A program made the translations under genes and the position numbers. The notes under the pieces are model-generated. The model saw only the letters and a list, made by a program, of their open reading frames with translations. It did not search any database and was not told where the DNA came from. From Candidatus Poribacteria bacterium (GTDB lineage Bacteria > Poribacteria > WGA-4E > WGA-3G), in assembly GCA_965198235.1 (NCBI GenBank), contig OZ240248.1, positions 2,688,001-2,752,000 on the forward strand: 64,000 bases of DNA, read 5' to 3'. Below, piece by piece: positions 10,121-21,362 of this stretch (the stretch's first letter is position 1; each line of letters begins with the position of its first letter).

Positions 10121-12373
10121 TTACGGATTCCACCAATAGGTTACTTTGCCAACCACGGTGGTATCCAGCAAGCCCGATGTTATACTGTCTGTTCCATACG
10201 TCTGGTTGAAAACGAAATAGAAATCGCTACCGGGTTGGTAGATGTAATTGACTAAGAAATTCGTGGTAACCAGATTCCGGTCACTGTTCCATTGTACATA
10301 AAGTTTGGTAAAGAGGTCGGTGGAAAAGGAATAAACAACACGCCCACCAAAGACGTTTGTATCAAAGGAAGTCTTTTTATCAGGAGCATCTTGGTGTGGC
10401 AGTGTGACGCGGTTAAACTCGTATCTCGGTTCCAAACTGAAGCGTCCACCGAACCGAAGGTCGAGGCGGAGGTCAAATCCGCGTCGAGTGCCGTTATAGA
10501 AATCTCCAACATTGAACCCAAAGCGACCGTTGAAGACCTGGCCTTGAGTGTTGAGCATGAGGTTGTAGTTATTGTAACTGTATTTGCCTCTCGGAATGAT
10601 AATTCCTTCCCGAATTTCAAAGTCGTTGGTAAGGTTCTCAAAGTTTCGGTAGATTCGGAGACCACCAAAACCGTTCGTTTCCAGTTCAAGCCACGTGCTC
10701 CAGATAAAAGTTCGCGTTTCCAGCTGATTGTCTGAATCGAGAATAATATCAATCTCCGGTCCAGCCCATAACCGACGAAACCCGTTCCAATGGAGATAAG
10801 GCGTGGCTCGCATTTCGCCCCGAAACCCTCGGCTGCCTGTCCGATAGACGTAACCGACTTCGGGGTTGAAATCATCACCGATGTCCGTATAGGAGGCGTT
10901 CACACGTGCGATTTCGCTCTGCCAATTCCCGCCGAAGTACAACGCATTCGGGTTTCCTATGGTGCTTTCATTGGGTGAAATGCTGTTCCCTGGGGAGGTT
11001 TGTCCGTTGATTTCGTTTGATTCAAACGTACGTGCCCAAAGGCCCCGAAAAGTCATCTTGTCTGTGGGACGATAGATAAAATCAACGCCAGTCGCGCTAT
11101 TGTGTGTGTCGAAATCTTGCTTATTAATTGCAATCATACCAAGGCTTGACCCAGTGAAAAGATCGCGCTTGATACGCAAAACAGAGTAGTTCGTCCTGTT
11201 AACATCAACCGCGTCCAAATTTTCCGTAGCATCTGTTGCATACTTATTCGTGAGAACGTTCAGCAACCCCACGCCGAAACCTCCGACTTTACCGGTAACT
11301 TTCCCGCCCCCCAAAATCGGGATGGCGTGTCCTTCTTCTATACCGATGCGACGACTATAGAAGAGCAGGAGCGGTGGCGGTGCATTGAAACTCGTACGGG
11401 GGATACCGAAATCGAATAAGCCTGCGCCCTCCAAGAAGAATTGGCGTTTCTCTGGGAAAAAGAGGCTAAACCGCGTTAAATTCGCTTGCTCCTGGTCCGC
11501 CTCAACCTGTGCGAAATCTGTGTTGACGGTGAGATCGGCGGTTAGGTTTGAGGTGATACCCACCTTCATGTCCGCCCCGAAATCCAACACACCAATTGTC
11601 TCGTCCGTCTCTGTTCGAGCGACACCGGGGAGGAGGTAGGGTAGAAACTCAATATTCCGACGTTGTGAGACCCCAGATAAGCCCGTGAGAGTCCCTAAGT
11701 GTGTTGTCCGATAGCGTGCCAGAAAGGTATAGGCTGCTGGCACTGGTGCCCATGTGCCTTCCTCCTGATTTTTTTGTATTGTGCGTCCAAGGTTCAAACC
11801 CCATGTCAGTATGTCTTCCTTTTTAAACCGGAGTTGACTGAACGGAATGGCGATTTCTGTCGTCCAATTATCACCGTTAATTTTTGATCGAGAGTCCCAG
11901 ACGGCATTCCAGTTCTCGTTTCGGCTGTCGCCGCTGTCCATGAGCGCAACATCTTCCCGCGCTCCCAAGGGATTGACTCGGAAGAAGAACCCGCTTCGGC
12001 GGTCGTTATAAGTATCCAACAGCACAAAGACGTTGTCTTGGTCCCACATCATTGCATCGCGCCGCATCTTATTGGCAATAATCTTAGAGCGGTCGGGTTC
12101 GCTACAGACGAAACCGAAATAGATGTGTCTGTCGTCGTAAAGGATGCGAACCTCTGTTGATTCTGTCAGCGGTTCGCCTGCATCGGGTTCAAATTGCGTA
12201 AATTGACGGATAGGTGTTGCTTTTTGCCAATCAGACTCTGAAAGTTCCCCGTCGATTTCGATGCTCTGGTAGGTGCGGGATGCCTCTGCTCGAAGTTCGT
12301 CAGTTTCGGCATGCACACCAGCACTCATGCAAAGGAGAAGTAGAATTAATAGCCATCTACATAGATAATCCAT
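10121..12373 (-). CDS. Secreted CBM9-like/DUF5916 protein
   Basis: Signal peptide; IDGEL.E..W, LDTYND.R, N.DFAQVEAD, FFPEKR.FFLEG, FYSRRIG. Confidence 0.85.
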   Translation of the reverse strand: MDYLCRWLLILLLLCMSAGVHAETDELRAEASRTYQSIEIDGELSESDWQKATPIRQFTQFEPDAGEPLTESTEVRILYDDRHIYFGFVCSEPDRSKIIANKMRRDAMMWDQDNVFVLLDTYNDRRSGFFFRVNPLGAREDVALMDSGDSRNENWNAVWDSRSKINGDNWTTEIAIPFSQLRFKKEDILTWGLNLGRTIQKNQEEGTWAPVPAAYTFLARYRTTHLGTLTGLSGVSQRRNIEFLPYLLPGVARTETDETIGVLDFGADMKVGITSNLTADLTVNTDFAQVEADQEQANLTRFSLFFPEKRQFFLEGAGLFDFGIPRTSFNAPPPLLLFYSRRIGIEEGHAIPILGGGKVTGKVGGFGVGLLNVLTNKYATDATENLDAVDVNRTNYSVLRIKRDLFTGSSLGMIAINKQDFDTHNSATGVDFIYRPTDKMTFRGLWARTFESNEINGQTSPGNSISPNESTIGNPNALYFGGNWQSEIARVNASYTDIGDDFNPEVGYVYRTGSRGFRGEMRATPYLHWNGFRRLWAGPEIDIILDSDNQLETRTFIWSTWLELETNGFGGLRIYRNFENLTNDFEIREGIIIPRGKYSYNNYNLMLNTQGQVFNGRFGFNVGDFYNGTRRGFDLRLDLRFGGRFSLEPRYEFNRVTLPHQDAPDKKTSFDTNVFGGRVVYSFSTDLFTKLYVQWNSDRNLVTTNFLVNYIYQPGSDFYFVFNQTYGTDSITSGLLDTTVVGKVTYWWNP

Positions 12374-12642
12374 GGTATATAAAATTGGGAAACGTAACCT
12401 CCGTGATTATCTTAAACTTTTTTCTATTATACCACATTTATCGAAATTCTGCATATCTAATCAATACTCCATCCAAAATCATTCAGTTCTTTTGTAGGAA
12501 TGCTTTCCTGATCGCTTCAGAGGCAAAATCAACCGATTTTTAGGGCATTTATCCGTAAAATGACAACTTTCAGAGATCCATTTGGATTTTTCAAACAAGT
12601 ACTTAGGGGGATTACATCGTAGAACACGATTGGAGGAAATTA

Positions 12643-12994
<352 letters not shown>

Positions 12995-13171
12995 TAACCA
13001 ATGATAATCAACATCTACCCCTTCCACGCTTCCCTCTTCTTGTAGGAGCGAGTTTTACTCGCGACGCATACTGACAGCCGACCGCTCTAAAGAATCTTAT
13101 TGATTTCCTTCCCGAAGTGTGGGAAAATACAAGGGAAATCCCAGCCTGATCACTTTGCAGACAGGAGAACC

Positions 13172-14482
13172 ATGAAAAACGATAAGAAAACAATCTTCGG
13201 TTGGTGTATGTACGATTGGGCGAATTCAGCCTACATCACGACCGCTGCTGTCGCGTTGCTACCCAATTATTTCGCACAAGCCGTTGTCGGCGAAGCCGGT
13301 GTGGACATCCTCGGCATGAATATGAGTGCTACAGCGTTGTGGGGGTTTATGTTGGCTGCTGCGGCGTTCTTAGTCTTCCTCTTTGCTCCCGTGCTTGGAG
13401 CGATTGCCGATTTCTCCTCAGCAAAAAAGAGGTTTCTCGCAGGCTTTGCGTATATGGGCAGTCTCTTCGCAACGATGCTCTATTTTTGCGGGTCTGGCGA
13501 TGTAGGATTGACGATCGTGCTATTCATAAGTACCCAAGTCTGCTTTGTTGGCGGCAATGTCTTCTACGACGCATTTTTGCCAGAGATCGCCTCTGAGGAC
13601 AAACTGGATTCTGTTTCTGCCAAAGGATATGCATTTGGATATGTCGGGGGCTCGCTCCAATTTGGTATCGCTCTTGGACTTGTCGCTATGCACGAGACGG
13701 TAGGCGTTAGCCTAACAATGGCGGCACGTATTGGGATGGCGATGACGGGGATTTGGTGGGCAGGCTGGACCCTGTTGACGATGAAGTATCTAAAAGAGGT
13801 GAAAACACCGTACGAACTTCCTGAAGCGTACCGCAATCGACCGAAGGGTTTGGCGTATCTCGCCCTCGGCATCAGCCGAACAGTCGCGACAGCGAAAAGG
13901 GTGGGACGTTTTAAGCATCTCACGCTCTTCCTCGTTGCCTATATGATCTACAATGACGGTATCCACACCGTTACCAGTATGGCGACGATTTACGGCACTG
14001 AAGAATTAGGGCTTTCGACACCAGAACTCATGGTGACGCTCCTGCTGGTGCAAGTTGTCGCAATAGGAGGTGCGCTGATCTTCAGTCGTCTCGCAAACCG
14101 TATCGGCGCGAAACGCTCCGTGATGTGCGCTTTGGTTCTATGGAGTGGTGTCGTCACCTATGGGTATTTCATCCACACCGCGGCAGAATTCTTCGTTTTG
14201 GGAATGATTGTTGGCATTGTGCTCGGTGGGACACAGGCGTTGAGCCGTTCCTTCTATGGGGCAATGATTCCAGAACAGGCAAGTGCGGAATTTTACGGAT
14301 TCTATTCTGTCTTTAGCAAATTTTCGTCGATTTGGGGACCCATGACCTTTGGCGTTATCAAGCAGATCACGGGCAGCGCGCGTCTCGCTATCATTTCATT
14401 GATGGTTTTCTTTGTCGTCGGGTTGGTTCTGTTACGGTTTGTAGATGAAACAAAGGCGAAAGCGGATAAACTTGCATTCTAA
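13172..14482 (+). CDS. MFS transporter, UMF1/Atg22-like
   Basis: WCMYDWANSAY, P.LGAIAD, FYDAFLP, QALSRS, EFYGFY; AGGAG RBS before 13172. Confidence 0.88.
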   Translation: MKNDKKTIFGWCMYDWANSAYITTAAVALLPNYFAQAVVGEAGVDILGMNMSATALWGFMLAAAAFLVFLFAPVLGAIADFSSAKKRFLAGFAYMGSLFATMLYFCGSGDVGLTIVLFISTQVCFVGGNVFYDAFLPEIASEDKLDSVSAKGYAFGYVGGSLQFGIALGLVAMHETVGVSLTMAARIGMAMTGIWWAGWTLLTMKYLKEVKTPYELPEAYRNRPKGLAYLALGISRTVATAKRVGRFKHLTLFLVAYMIYNDGIHTVTSMATIYGTEELGLSTPELMVTLLLVQVVAIGGALIFSRLANRIGAKRSVMCALVLWSGVVTYGYFIHTAAEFFVLGMIVGIVLGGTQALSRSFYGAMIPEQASAEFYGFYSVFSKFSSIWGPMTFGVIKQITGSARLAIISLMVFFVVGLVLLRFVDETKAKADKLAF

Positions 14483-14944
14483 ATTAACGGGATTCTCTGA
14501 TGTTTTGCTTGCCGTTCTCTTGTTTCTGAATGAAAGAGTAGGTGTGTAGGTTGGGTTGAACGGATAACCCCAAATGCTAACGGTTCACAAAAAACTGACA
14601 CTCCGTTCATAAGCCGCTATTGCAAACATACCAAGTGAAACCCAACACTCACTAAAGGCTTTGAATACACAGAAAACCCTAAAATCCGCGAAATCTGATA
14701 AATCCGCGATGATCCGCGATTCAGATTCATATTTTTGCAAATAATCTGTAGGAATTTTCAGTTATCAGTTATCGGTTATCCGTTAAGAGATTATCGCCCT
14801 TGTAGAAGCGAGTATTTTTGCGGATTTCCCCATGTTCGCGACGCGCTGATTGCTGGCAGTTGCTTGGCTTTTCTCTTGATATTTTCGCCTATAAGTCCTA
14901 TAATAATTGAGCATACGTTATTCGATTGTATGGAAGGTAAATTG

Positions 14945-15517
14945 ATGTTAGGCGAGTTGCTTCGGAAAAGCATTCATTTGTCAGGACTTGTCCTACCGGT
15001 TATCTATCTCTTCTTGGATCAACCGACGATGTTAATCCTCATCGGAGTGCTGACCGGATTTGCACTTACCGTGGAATTGATGAAATGGCTCTTCCCTCGT
15101 TTTGGCGAGTTCTTTTTCCAAATTTTCGCTTCACTCCTCCGCACGCACGAGCGCAAGGGCGCAATGACAGGCGCGACCTACTATCTCATCAGTGCTTTCT
15201 TGTGTATTTTCTTTTTCGCCAAGACGCTTGCCATTGTTTGTATCCTTTTCATGGTATTAGGAGACCTGGCAGCCGCACTCGTGGGTAAAAAGTGGGGTAG
15301 GACGAAACTTCTCGGCAAAAAGAGTTTAGAAGGCAGTGCCGCCTGTTTCGTTGTTTGCGTTTCGATTGCTTTAGTGAAATTGAATCCTGTTATCGCAATC
15401 ATTGGTGCCTTGGTCGCTACAATCGTGGAGCTTATTCCATTTCCGATCGATGATAACCTCACGGTGCCGCTCGTTTCCGGTGCAGTGATGCACCTTCTGA
15501 TGCAGATTTTTTTTTAA
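14945..15517 (+). CDS. Phytol/dolichol/diacylglycerol kinase-like membrane protein (SEC59/DGK1/VTE5 family)
   Basis: RKSIH, GDLAAALVG, KSLEGS, DDNLTVP. Confidence 0.82.
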   Translation: MLGELLRKSIHLSGLVLPVIYLFLDQPTMLILIGVLTGFALTVELMKWLFPRFGEFFFQIFASLLRTHERKGAMTGATYYLISAFLCIFFFAKTLAIVCILFMVLGDLAAALVGKKWGRTKLLGKKSLEGSAACFVVCVSIALVKLNPVIAIIGALVATIVELIPFPIDDNLTVPLVSGAVMHLLMQIFF

Positions 15518-15546
15518 ACTATGGGTCTCCTGGGCAAAGAAACACC

Positions 15547-15600
15547 GTTTTTGCTTGGGGTGTTTTTGCTTGGGTGTTTCTGTGGATTTCTGCGGATTTC
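15547..15600. repeat. Self-nested micro-element B (GTTTTTGCTTGGGTATTTCTGCGGATTTC family)
   Basis: A complete 29-nt variant copy (15562-15590) lies between the two halves of another copy. Confidence 0.65.
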
Positions 15601-15752
15601 TTAAGCAAAAACCCTCCACTGTGGGAGGGGTTTGTAACCCCGATTTCTTTCGGGCGACTCCCATTAAAGAAGGGTTTGTGGCGGAAAAAGCGTTTGCAAC
15701 TGTCACGTCTTAACCGACTACTGAAAACTGACAGCCGACAACCAGTAAAAAA

Positions 15753-16880
15753 ATGGCACACATCAAACTTGAGAATATTGTAAAACGCTTCGGTGATTTC
15801 GTGGCGGTTAAGGATTTCAATCTGGAGGTTGAGGACAAAGAGTTCGTCGTTTTTTTGGGACCTTCCGGGTGTGGCAAAACCACAACGCTCCGCCTCATCG
15901 CAGGTTTAGAAAATCCTGAAGAGGGTGATATCTTCATCGACGGACAGCGTGTCAACGATTTCTCTCCCGCCGACCGCGACATCGCCTTTGTCTTTCAATT
16001 CTATGCCCTTTACCCACATCTGAGTGTCTACGATAACATCGCTTTTCCACTCAAGGCGGTGAAGGTCTCGAAATCGGAGATCGATGCCCAAGTTAAATGG
16101 GTTGCGGAAATCTTGCAAATATCTGGTATGCTCAATCGGAAGCCGAGTGTCCTCAGCGGTGGCGAGATGCAACGCGTTGCGCTCGGACGCGCGATGGTGC
16201 GTCAGCCGAAGGTTTATCTCCTTGATGAGCCTATGGCGAATTTAGATGCGAAGATGCGCGTTGACACCCGTGCCGAGATTAAACGACTCCAACACGAAAT
16301 CGGGGCGACGACCATCTTCGTAACGCATGACCAGGTTGAAGCCATGTCCCTCGCAGATAGGATTGCTGTTATCCACGAAGGTGTCCTACAGCAAATTGGC
16401 ACACCGCATGAAATCTACAACAAGCCGGAAAGCCTCTTTGTGGCGGGATTTATGGGGATGCCCGCCATGAACCTCCTTGACGCAGAAGTCACCGGACAGG
16501 AAGGGGAATCCGTTCTACGACTGAGTCACACCGACATCTATTTTCGCCTCTCTCCAGAACGACAAGCAAATATCACGTCAGGCGCGGTGGAAAATGGTTG
16601 GGTGTTCGGGATTCGTCCTGAACATATCTCGGTTTCCGCGAGTCAGTCGGGTGGACAACAAATTCCTGCGGATGTGCATCTCGTTGAACCGCTCGGTCCG
16701 GTAAATATCCTTGACATCCGTCTCGGCACGCATTCAGAGACCCAGGAGCCTATTCTGCTTCGAGTCAGGACACATCCAACATTTCAGGTTACGGTTGGGG
16801 ACACTGTCTGGTTAAATTTTGACGAAGCGGAAATGCATCTCTTTGACCGAGAAACAGAACAAGTTATCTGGGTAGAATAG
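15753..16880 (+). CDS. Sugar ABC transporter ATP-binding protein (MalK/UgpC family)
   Basis: GPSGCGKTT, VFQFYALYPH, LSGGEMQR, LLDEP, FVTHDQ, TOBE-like C-terminus. Confidence 0.93.
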   Translation: MAHIKLENIVKRFGDFVAVKDFNLEVEDKEFVVFLGPSGCGKTTTLRLIAGLENPEEGDIFIDGQRVNDFSPADRDIAFVFQFYALYPHLSVYDNIAFPLKAVKVSKSEIDAQVKWVAEILQISGMLNRKPSVLSGGEMQRVALGRAMVRQPKVYLLDEPMANLDAKMRVDTRAEIKRLQHEIGATTIFVTHDQVEAMSLADRIAVIHEGVLQQIGTPHEIYNKPESLFVAGFMGMPAMNLLDAEVTGQEGESVLRLSHTDIYFRLSPERQANITSGAVENGWVFGIRPEHISVSASQSGGQQIPADVHLVEPLGPVNILDIRLGTHSETQEPILLRVRTHPTFQVTVGDTVWLNFDEAEMHLFDRETEQVIWVE

Positions 16881-16917
16881 CCGTCAGCGGTCAGCAGTCA
16901 GAGTCGGGGATCGAAGT

Positions 16918-17043
16918 GTTTTTGCTTGGGGTTTTTGCAATGTAATACAAGGAATGGAAATGTAATACAAGGAACGGATTTAGTCTATTCCCAGACTAAA
17001 TCCAGTCTATTCCCAAACTAAATCCGGTATTTCTGCGGATTTC
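16918..17043. repeat. Nested micro-elements: A inside A inside B
   Basis: 45-nt unit at 16959-17003 splits a sister copy (16939-16958 + 17004-17025), which splits a B unit (16931-16938 + 17026-17043). Confidence 0.7.
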
Positions 17044-17187
17044 AATAAGGTTCTTCAGGCACTCCCCACCCCGTAGGGGTGGTATGTCTATAGAAAACGG
17101 CGTATTCCAGCAACCGCACCCCGTAGGGGTGCCATGTCTATAAATAGGTGGCTTACGGGATAATAAAAATGGAGGAAAAGGTTATAT

Positions 17188-17988
17188 ATGAAGATACCGT
17201 GTCGTTTCGCGGCTTTCGACTTGGATGGAACACTGCTTAATAGTGAACACACATTATCACCGAAAAACCGGGATGCGCTTCGAGCACTCGCGGCAAAAGA
17301 TATTCTTGTGGTATTAGTCTCTGGGAGGATGCACCGGTCTATCAAACCTGTCAGCGATCAGATCGGGCTTGAAAATCCGATTATCTCTTACAATGGCGGG
17401 ATGGTACAACACGCTACGACGGGTGAGGTGTATCATCATACACCTGTTCCAGCGGATTATGCAATGGCGGTCGTCAGTGACTGCGTTGCGCAGAATTTGC
17501 ATCTCAACTTCTGTTTGAATGACGAACTTTACGTCGCTGAACGCAACGCATGGAGCGACCTCTACGAGGAGCGAACAGGCGTTCCGGCTACATCTGTAGG
17601 GGACCTACGCGAGTTAGCCGGAGAAACGCCTACAAAGTTACTCATCATCCACAGACCCGAAAAATTAAAACCGCTCTTAGACAATTTTCAAACCAATTAT
17701 GCGAAGAAGCTTTACGTCACGCAGACCCAGGCAGAATATATTGAGTTTATGAATCCGGGAGTCGCTAAGGGACGCGCGCTCACAGCCCTCGCCAATCGAT
17801 TTGATATTCCAATAGAGACAGTTGTTGCTTTCGGTGATAGTTACAATGATGAAAGTTTACTCAAGACAGCGGGTTTCGGCATAGCGATGGCAAACGCAGT
17901 ACCACCAATCCGGGCTTGTGCCGATCATATTACGACGACGAATGACGATGACGGAGTTGCAAAAGCCATTTGGGAATTGATTCTCTGA
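17188..17988 (+). CDS. Cof-type HAD-IIB hydrolase
   Basis: DLDGTLL, SGR, KG.AL, FGDSYND, MANA, DGVA. Confidence 0.92.
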   Translation: MKIPCRFAAFDLDGTLLNSEHTLSPKNRDALRALAAKDILVVLVSGRMHRSIKPVSDQIGLENPIISYNGGMVQHATTGEVYHHTPVPADYAMAVVSDCVAQNLHLNFCLNDELYVAERNAWSDLYEERTGVPATSVGDLRELAGETPTKLLIIHRPEKLKPLLDNFQTNYAKKLYVTQTQAEYIEFMNPGVAKGRALTALANRFDIPIETVVAFGDSYNDESLLKTAGFGIAMANAVPPIRACADHITTTNDDDGVAKAIWELIL

Positions 17989-18049
17989 AACGTTGGATTG
18001 TGTTCCCTCAAGTTGCTCTCCAATCGGGTGACCACTTTGCTGATAGTTA

Positions 18050-18319
18050 TTATCTGACATTGACCTCGTGAAACTTTTTGTAAGGAATATCCGCAACGAG
18101 TACGTAGGAGTTTCCTTCCTGTTTCAACGACATCTGAACGGAGTTAACGGAAAATTCAAAATACTTTGCCAGAACTTCTGCTAACTCATGATGCAACCTT
18201 GTCATAAAGCGGTCGTCTACATCGAGTCGGTCTTGTGTAATGACAAGTTTCAGACGCTGCTTAGCGATGCTACTCGACTTCGGCTTGCGCCCGAATAACT
18301 GTTTTATGCTAATGTTCAT
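18050..18319 (-). CDS. minE: Cell division topological specificity factor MinE
   Basis: SSIAKQRLKLVI.QDR; downstream of minD. Confidence 0.9.
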   Translation of the reverse strand: MNISIKQLFGRKPKSSSIAKQRLKLVITQDRLDVDDRFMTRLHHELAEVLAKYFEFSVNSVQMSLKQEGNSYVLVADIPYKKFHEVNVR

Positions 18320-18331
18320 TAGGAAGACTCC

Positions 18332-19126
18332 TTATCTATTTCTGGTGAACCAATTGACAATATTTGAAAGAAAGCCTTTCTGCTCTAAGTCAGGTATCGG
18401 GATTCGCTGTCCGGTGAGCCGTCGCGCAATGCGCATATAAGCTTGGGAACCGAGGGAAGCGTCTTCATACACTAAAGGAATCCCGCGATTCGTGGAAGTA
18501 ATCACACCGATGTCTTCAGGAACAATGCCGATCAGGTCGATATTGAGGATATCCAGTACATCGGCTTGGTCCATCATGCTCCCATTCCCTACGAGTTGTG
18601 GCGAGAAGCGATTTAAAATGAGGTTGATCGGTTCAATTCCGGCGTGTTGCAGCAACCCTATAATCCGGTCGGCATCCCGAATTGCTGAGACATCCGGTGT
18701 CGTGACAACGATGGCTTCGTCAGCCCCTGCGGAAGCATTACTGAAACCGCGCTCAATGCCTGCCGGCGAGTCAACCAACACGAAATCGTGGGCCGTCTTC
18801 AACTTGGCACACATTGCTTTCATCTGCTCTGGTTGGATGTCGTCTTTGTTGTTTTTCTGCGATGCTGCGAGTAGTGTTAGCCCATCAACACGTCGGTCTT
18901 TCACGAGGGCTTTGCTGAGTTCGCATTGCTTATCAATGACATCCATTGAGGTGTAGACAATCCGACTCTCAAGTCCCATCACGATATCGAGGTTTCGAAG
19001 CCCGACATCTGCGTCAACAACCACGACGGTTTTGCCAAGAAGTGCGAGTGCTGTTCCTAAATTGGCGGTAGAGGTTGTTTTTCCTACACCTCCTTTTCCT
19101 GACGTTACTACGATTACTCTTCCCAT
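18332..19126 (-). CDS. minD: Septum site-determining ATPase MinD
   Basis: SGKGGVGKTT, DVGLRNLD, DSPAGIE, RDADRIIG, C-terminal amphipathic helix. Confidence 0.96.
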   Translation of the reverse strand: MGRVIVVTSGKGGVGKTTSTANLGTALALLGKTVVVVDADVGLRNLDIVMGLESRIVYTSMDVIDKQCELSKALVKDRRVDGLTLLAASQKNNKDDIQPEQMKAMCAKLKTAHDFVLVDSPAGIERGFSNASAGADEAIVVTTPDVSAIRDADRIIGLLQHAGIEPINLILNRFSPQLVGNGSMMDQADVLDILNIDLIGIVPEDIGVITSTNRGIPLVYEDASLGSQAYMRIARRLTGQRIPIPDLEQKGFLSNIVNWFTRNR

Positions 19127-19143
19127 AACCCGAACCTCCTATG

Positions 19144-19815
19144 TTAAAACTTAACAAATTTTTCAACAATAATTACATCTTCTACCCCGATGCGCGCAAT
19201 TTCTGGATACCCTCGGGGTTTTTGGTTAATGGGTCGGCGATTTATAAAGTTGCCGATTTGGAGTTGTACAGGCACTAAATCCATAGCGATAACCACAGCG
19301 GATAGCCTACCGTTTATGCCGGCGTGCGCGTTCCCGCGCAACGCGCCAAGGACAACAATATCTCCACCGGCTTTTACTTCGGCACCCGAATTGACGTCCC
19401 CGTAGATAATGAGACTTCCTTGTGGGAAGTTTTCTGTCTGTCCCGAGCGAATTGTGTACGGTACAATCCTTGAAGGTTCGCTATCACGGCTGTTCTGCAT
19501 GTCCGTTCTTTGCTGAATCGCGTGCGTCGTTGGCGCGGCAGCGATGGGTGGGGATGCCTGTTCATCAAGGGCTTCAATGCTCCGTACCGTCAGGTTGTAA
19601 GTCTCTTGAAGCTTAGATTTTAAATACGACATCTCCTCCTCTTTCAAGATTGGACACTTCAGATCAATCTGCACAGATGCCCCAATGAGAGGTTGATTCA
19701 TCCGAGACATTTCCTGTTGAATCGCCTCTTCAACTTCTTCGATGGACAGATGGGGCCTGATAATCAGGTGCAAGCCGTCCCTATACGCTCTGAGAGCTAC
19801 AATAGAGTTTGCCAT
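19144..19815 (-). CDS. minC: Septum site-determining protein MinC
   Basis: IRSGQ, GDVNSGAEV.AGGDI.V.G.LRG.AHAG. Confidence 0.92.
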   Translation of the reverse strand: MANSIVALRAYRDGLHLIIRPHLSIEEVEEAIQQEMSRMNQPLIGASVQIDLKCPILKEEEMSYLKSKLQETYNLTVRSIEALDEQASPPIAAAPTTHAIQQRTDMQNSRDSEPSRIVPYTIRSGQTENFPQGSLIIYGDVNSGAEVKAGGDIVVLGALRGNAHAGINGRLSAVVIAMDLVPVQLQIGNFINRRPINQKPRGYPEIARIGVEDVIIVEKFVKF

Positions 19816-19832
19816 TTTGCTATTTTCTTTAT

Positions 19833-20015
19833 GGCAGTTAGCAGAATAGCCATCAGCCGTCGGCTATCAGCCATCGGTTACCCTCCTCGACAGGTTACGC
19901 CCTTGCGAGAACGATAACCGCCGTCGACGGGTTACTGACTGCTGACTGCTAACTGCCAATTTGCTGAAAGCCGATAGTTTCCGATATGGTTGCCCCGCTG
20001 ATAGCCGATGGCTAT
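19833..20015. repeat. Heptamer-based (GCTGACT/GCTGATA-type) repeat tracts in inverted arrangement
   Basis: Degenerate 7-mers on both strands; the same family occurs near 14759, 15715, 16880, 21604. Confidence 0.55.
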
Positions 20016-21283
20016 TCCAACTGGGCTAAAACATAAGGTCCCTCAGGAATCACTGCAATTTGAGCATCTTCCCCGTATCGGGTTAGAAGTTCTTCGATAC
20101 CTTCCTGTGCACTTTTCAGAGGATGCACAAACAACTTTACACGTTGATGATACGGAATACCATCGGTGTAGAAATAGATATCTGCCTTCCTCGCAACCTT
20201 TGCCAACTCTTCTAATTGCCACTGATCGATGACGAAGTTTGCTGGGTTGTAAAGCCCTTGCACAAAGGCAGTTAAATCATCGGTTTTGAAAATCAGGTCT
20301 GTAAACGGCTTGCTACCGATACCTTCACTGCATGCCGCAACGAGCAAGATACTGCCTCCCTGCTTCACAATCTCAACGGCGGTCAGCAAGCCTTTGACTG
20401 CTTGATAGAACGTTGCATCTAAAGGGTAACCCGCGCTGGAAACAACGACGGCATCTGCTGCTGCGGGTAGCGTAACCCTGGCGTGTTTCTCGACAAACTG
20501 CGCGCCAACACGGTGAGACGCAACCATGTCACCCGCGAAAACCCCTGTGATTTGGCGGTGCTTGTCAATGGCAACGTTCAGATTAAAGTCAACACCCGCC
20601 ATCAGCGCAATTTCTGTAGCTTCTAAGTGAAACGGATTTCCTTCCAAGATACCGACAGCTGATTTTGGATGTTCCATCAGTTCGGGACCGTGCATCACCT
20701 TCATTGTCTCAATCGAGGCGATTCCTGGACAGATAGCCTTTCTACCACCAGAGTAACCTGCCATCAAGTGTGGCTCAATCAGACCGGTGATAATTTTCAA
20801 ATCCGCTTCAAGATAGGTTTTATTGATCTGAACAGGGGTGCCCTTCTGTGTTGTGCCTAAATATGCGTGGGTCTCTGGTTTCTGCGAAAAATGATTGACG
20901 ATACGATACCTTTCCATGAGGTCGCGTCCAACCATCGTTTCGAGTTCTTCCGCGTTATTAGGACGGTGGATACCAGTCGCAATGAGAATCGTAATTTTCT
21001 CGCGTGGGATGCCGGTCTGTTCAAGTGTTTCCAGTAGTGGAGGGAGAATCACTTTGTTCGGCACGGGTCGAGTTATGTCGGAGATCACGATACATGCTGA
21101 CTCGCGCCCTTTTGCAAGCTCAGCCAAGGGGGGTGAGGCGATAGGCTGAGCGAGTGCCTCTTGTACAACTCTGTCCCCATCCGACAGCGGAACGCTTTCC
21201 GAGATTTCAAGAACCCCGGCTACATTTTTGTCGGGAATCTCAATCGGTAATGTTCCACTTCCGTATCTCATTTCGACTCGCAT
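20012..21283 (-). CDS. larA: Nickel-dependent lactate racemase family protein
   Basis: SDITRP.P, ATGIHR, NH, EPH.MAGYSGGRK, GYPLD..FYQ..K, CSEG.G. Confidence 0.88.
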   Translation of the reverse strand: MRVEMRYGSGTLPIEIPDKNVAGVLEISESVPLSDGDRVVQEALAQPIASPPLAELAKGRESACIVISDITRPVPNKVILPPLLETLEQTGIPREKITILIATGIHRPNNAEELETMVGRDLMERYRIVNHFSQKPETHAYLGTTQKGTPVQINKTYLEADLKIITGLIEPHLMAGYSGGRKAICPGIASIETMKVMHGPELMEHPKSAVGILEGNPFHLEATEIALMAGVDFNLNVAIDKHRQITGVFAGDMVASHRVGAQFVEKHARVTLPAAADAVVVSSAGYPLDATFYQAVKGLLTAVEIVKQGGSILLVAACSEGIGSKPFTDLIFKTDDLTAFVQGLYNPANFVIDQWQLEELAKVARKADIYFYTDGIPYHQRVKLFVHPLKSAQEGIEELLTRYGEDAQIAVIPEGPYVLAQLE

Positions 21284-21362
21284 ATCGAAGTTTCCCTTCA
21301 GGTTGGCTACACGGGCAGCAATGTTGGCAAGTCGCTCAATAGAAAAACTAACCCCTGTAAGT

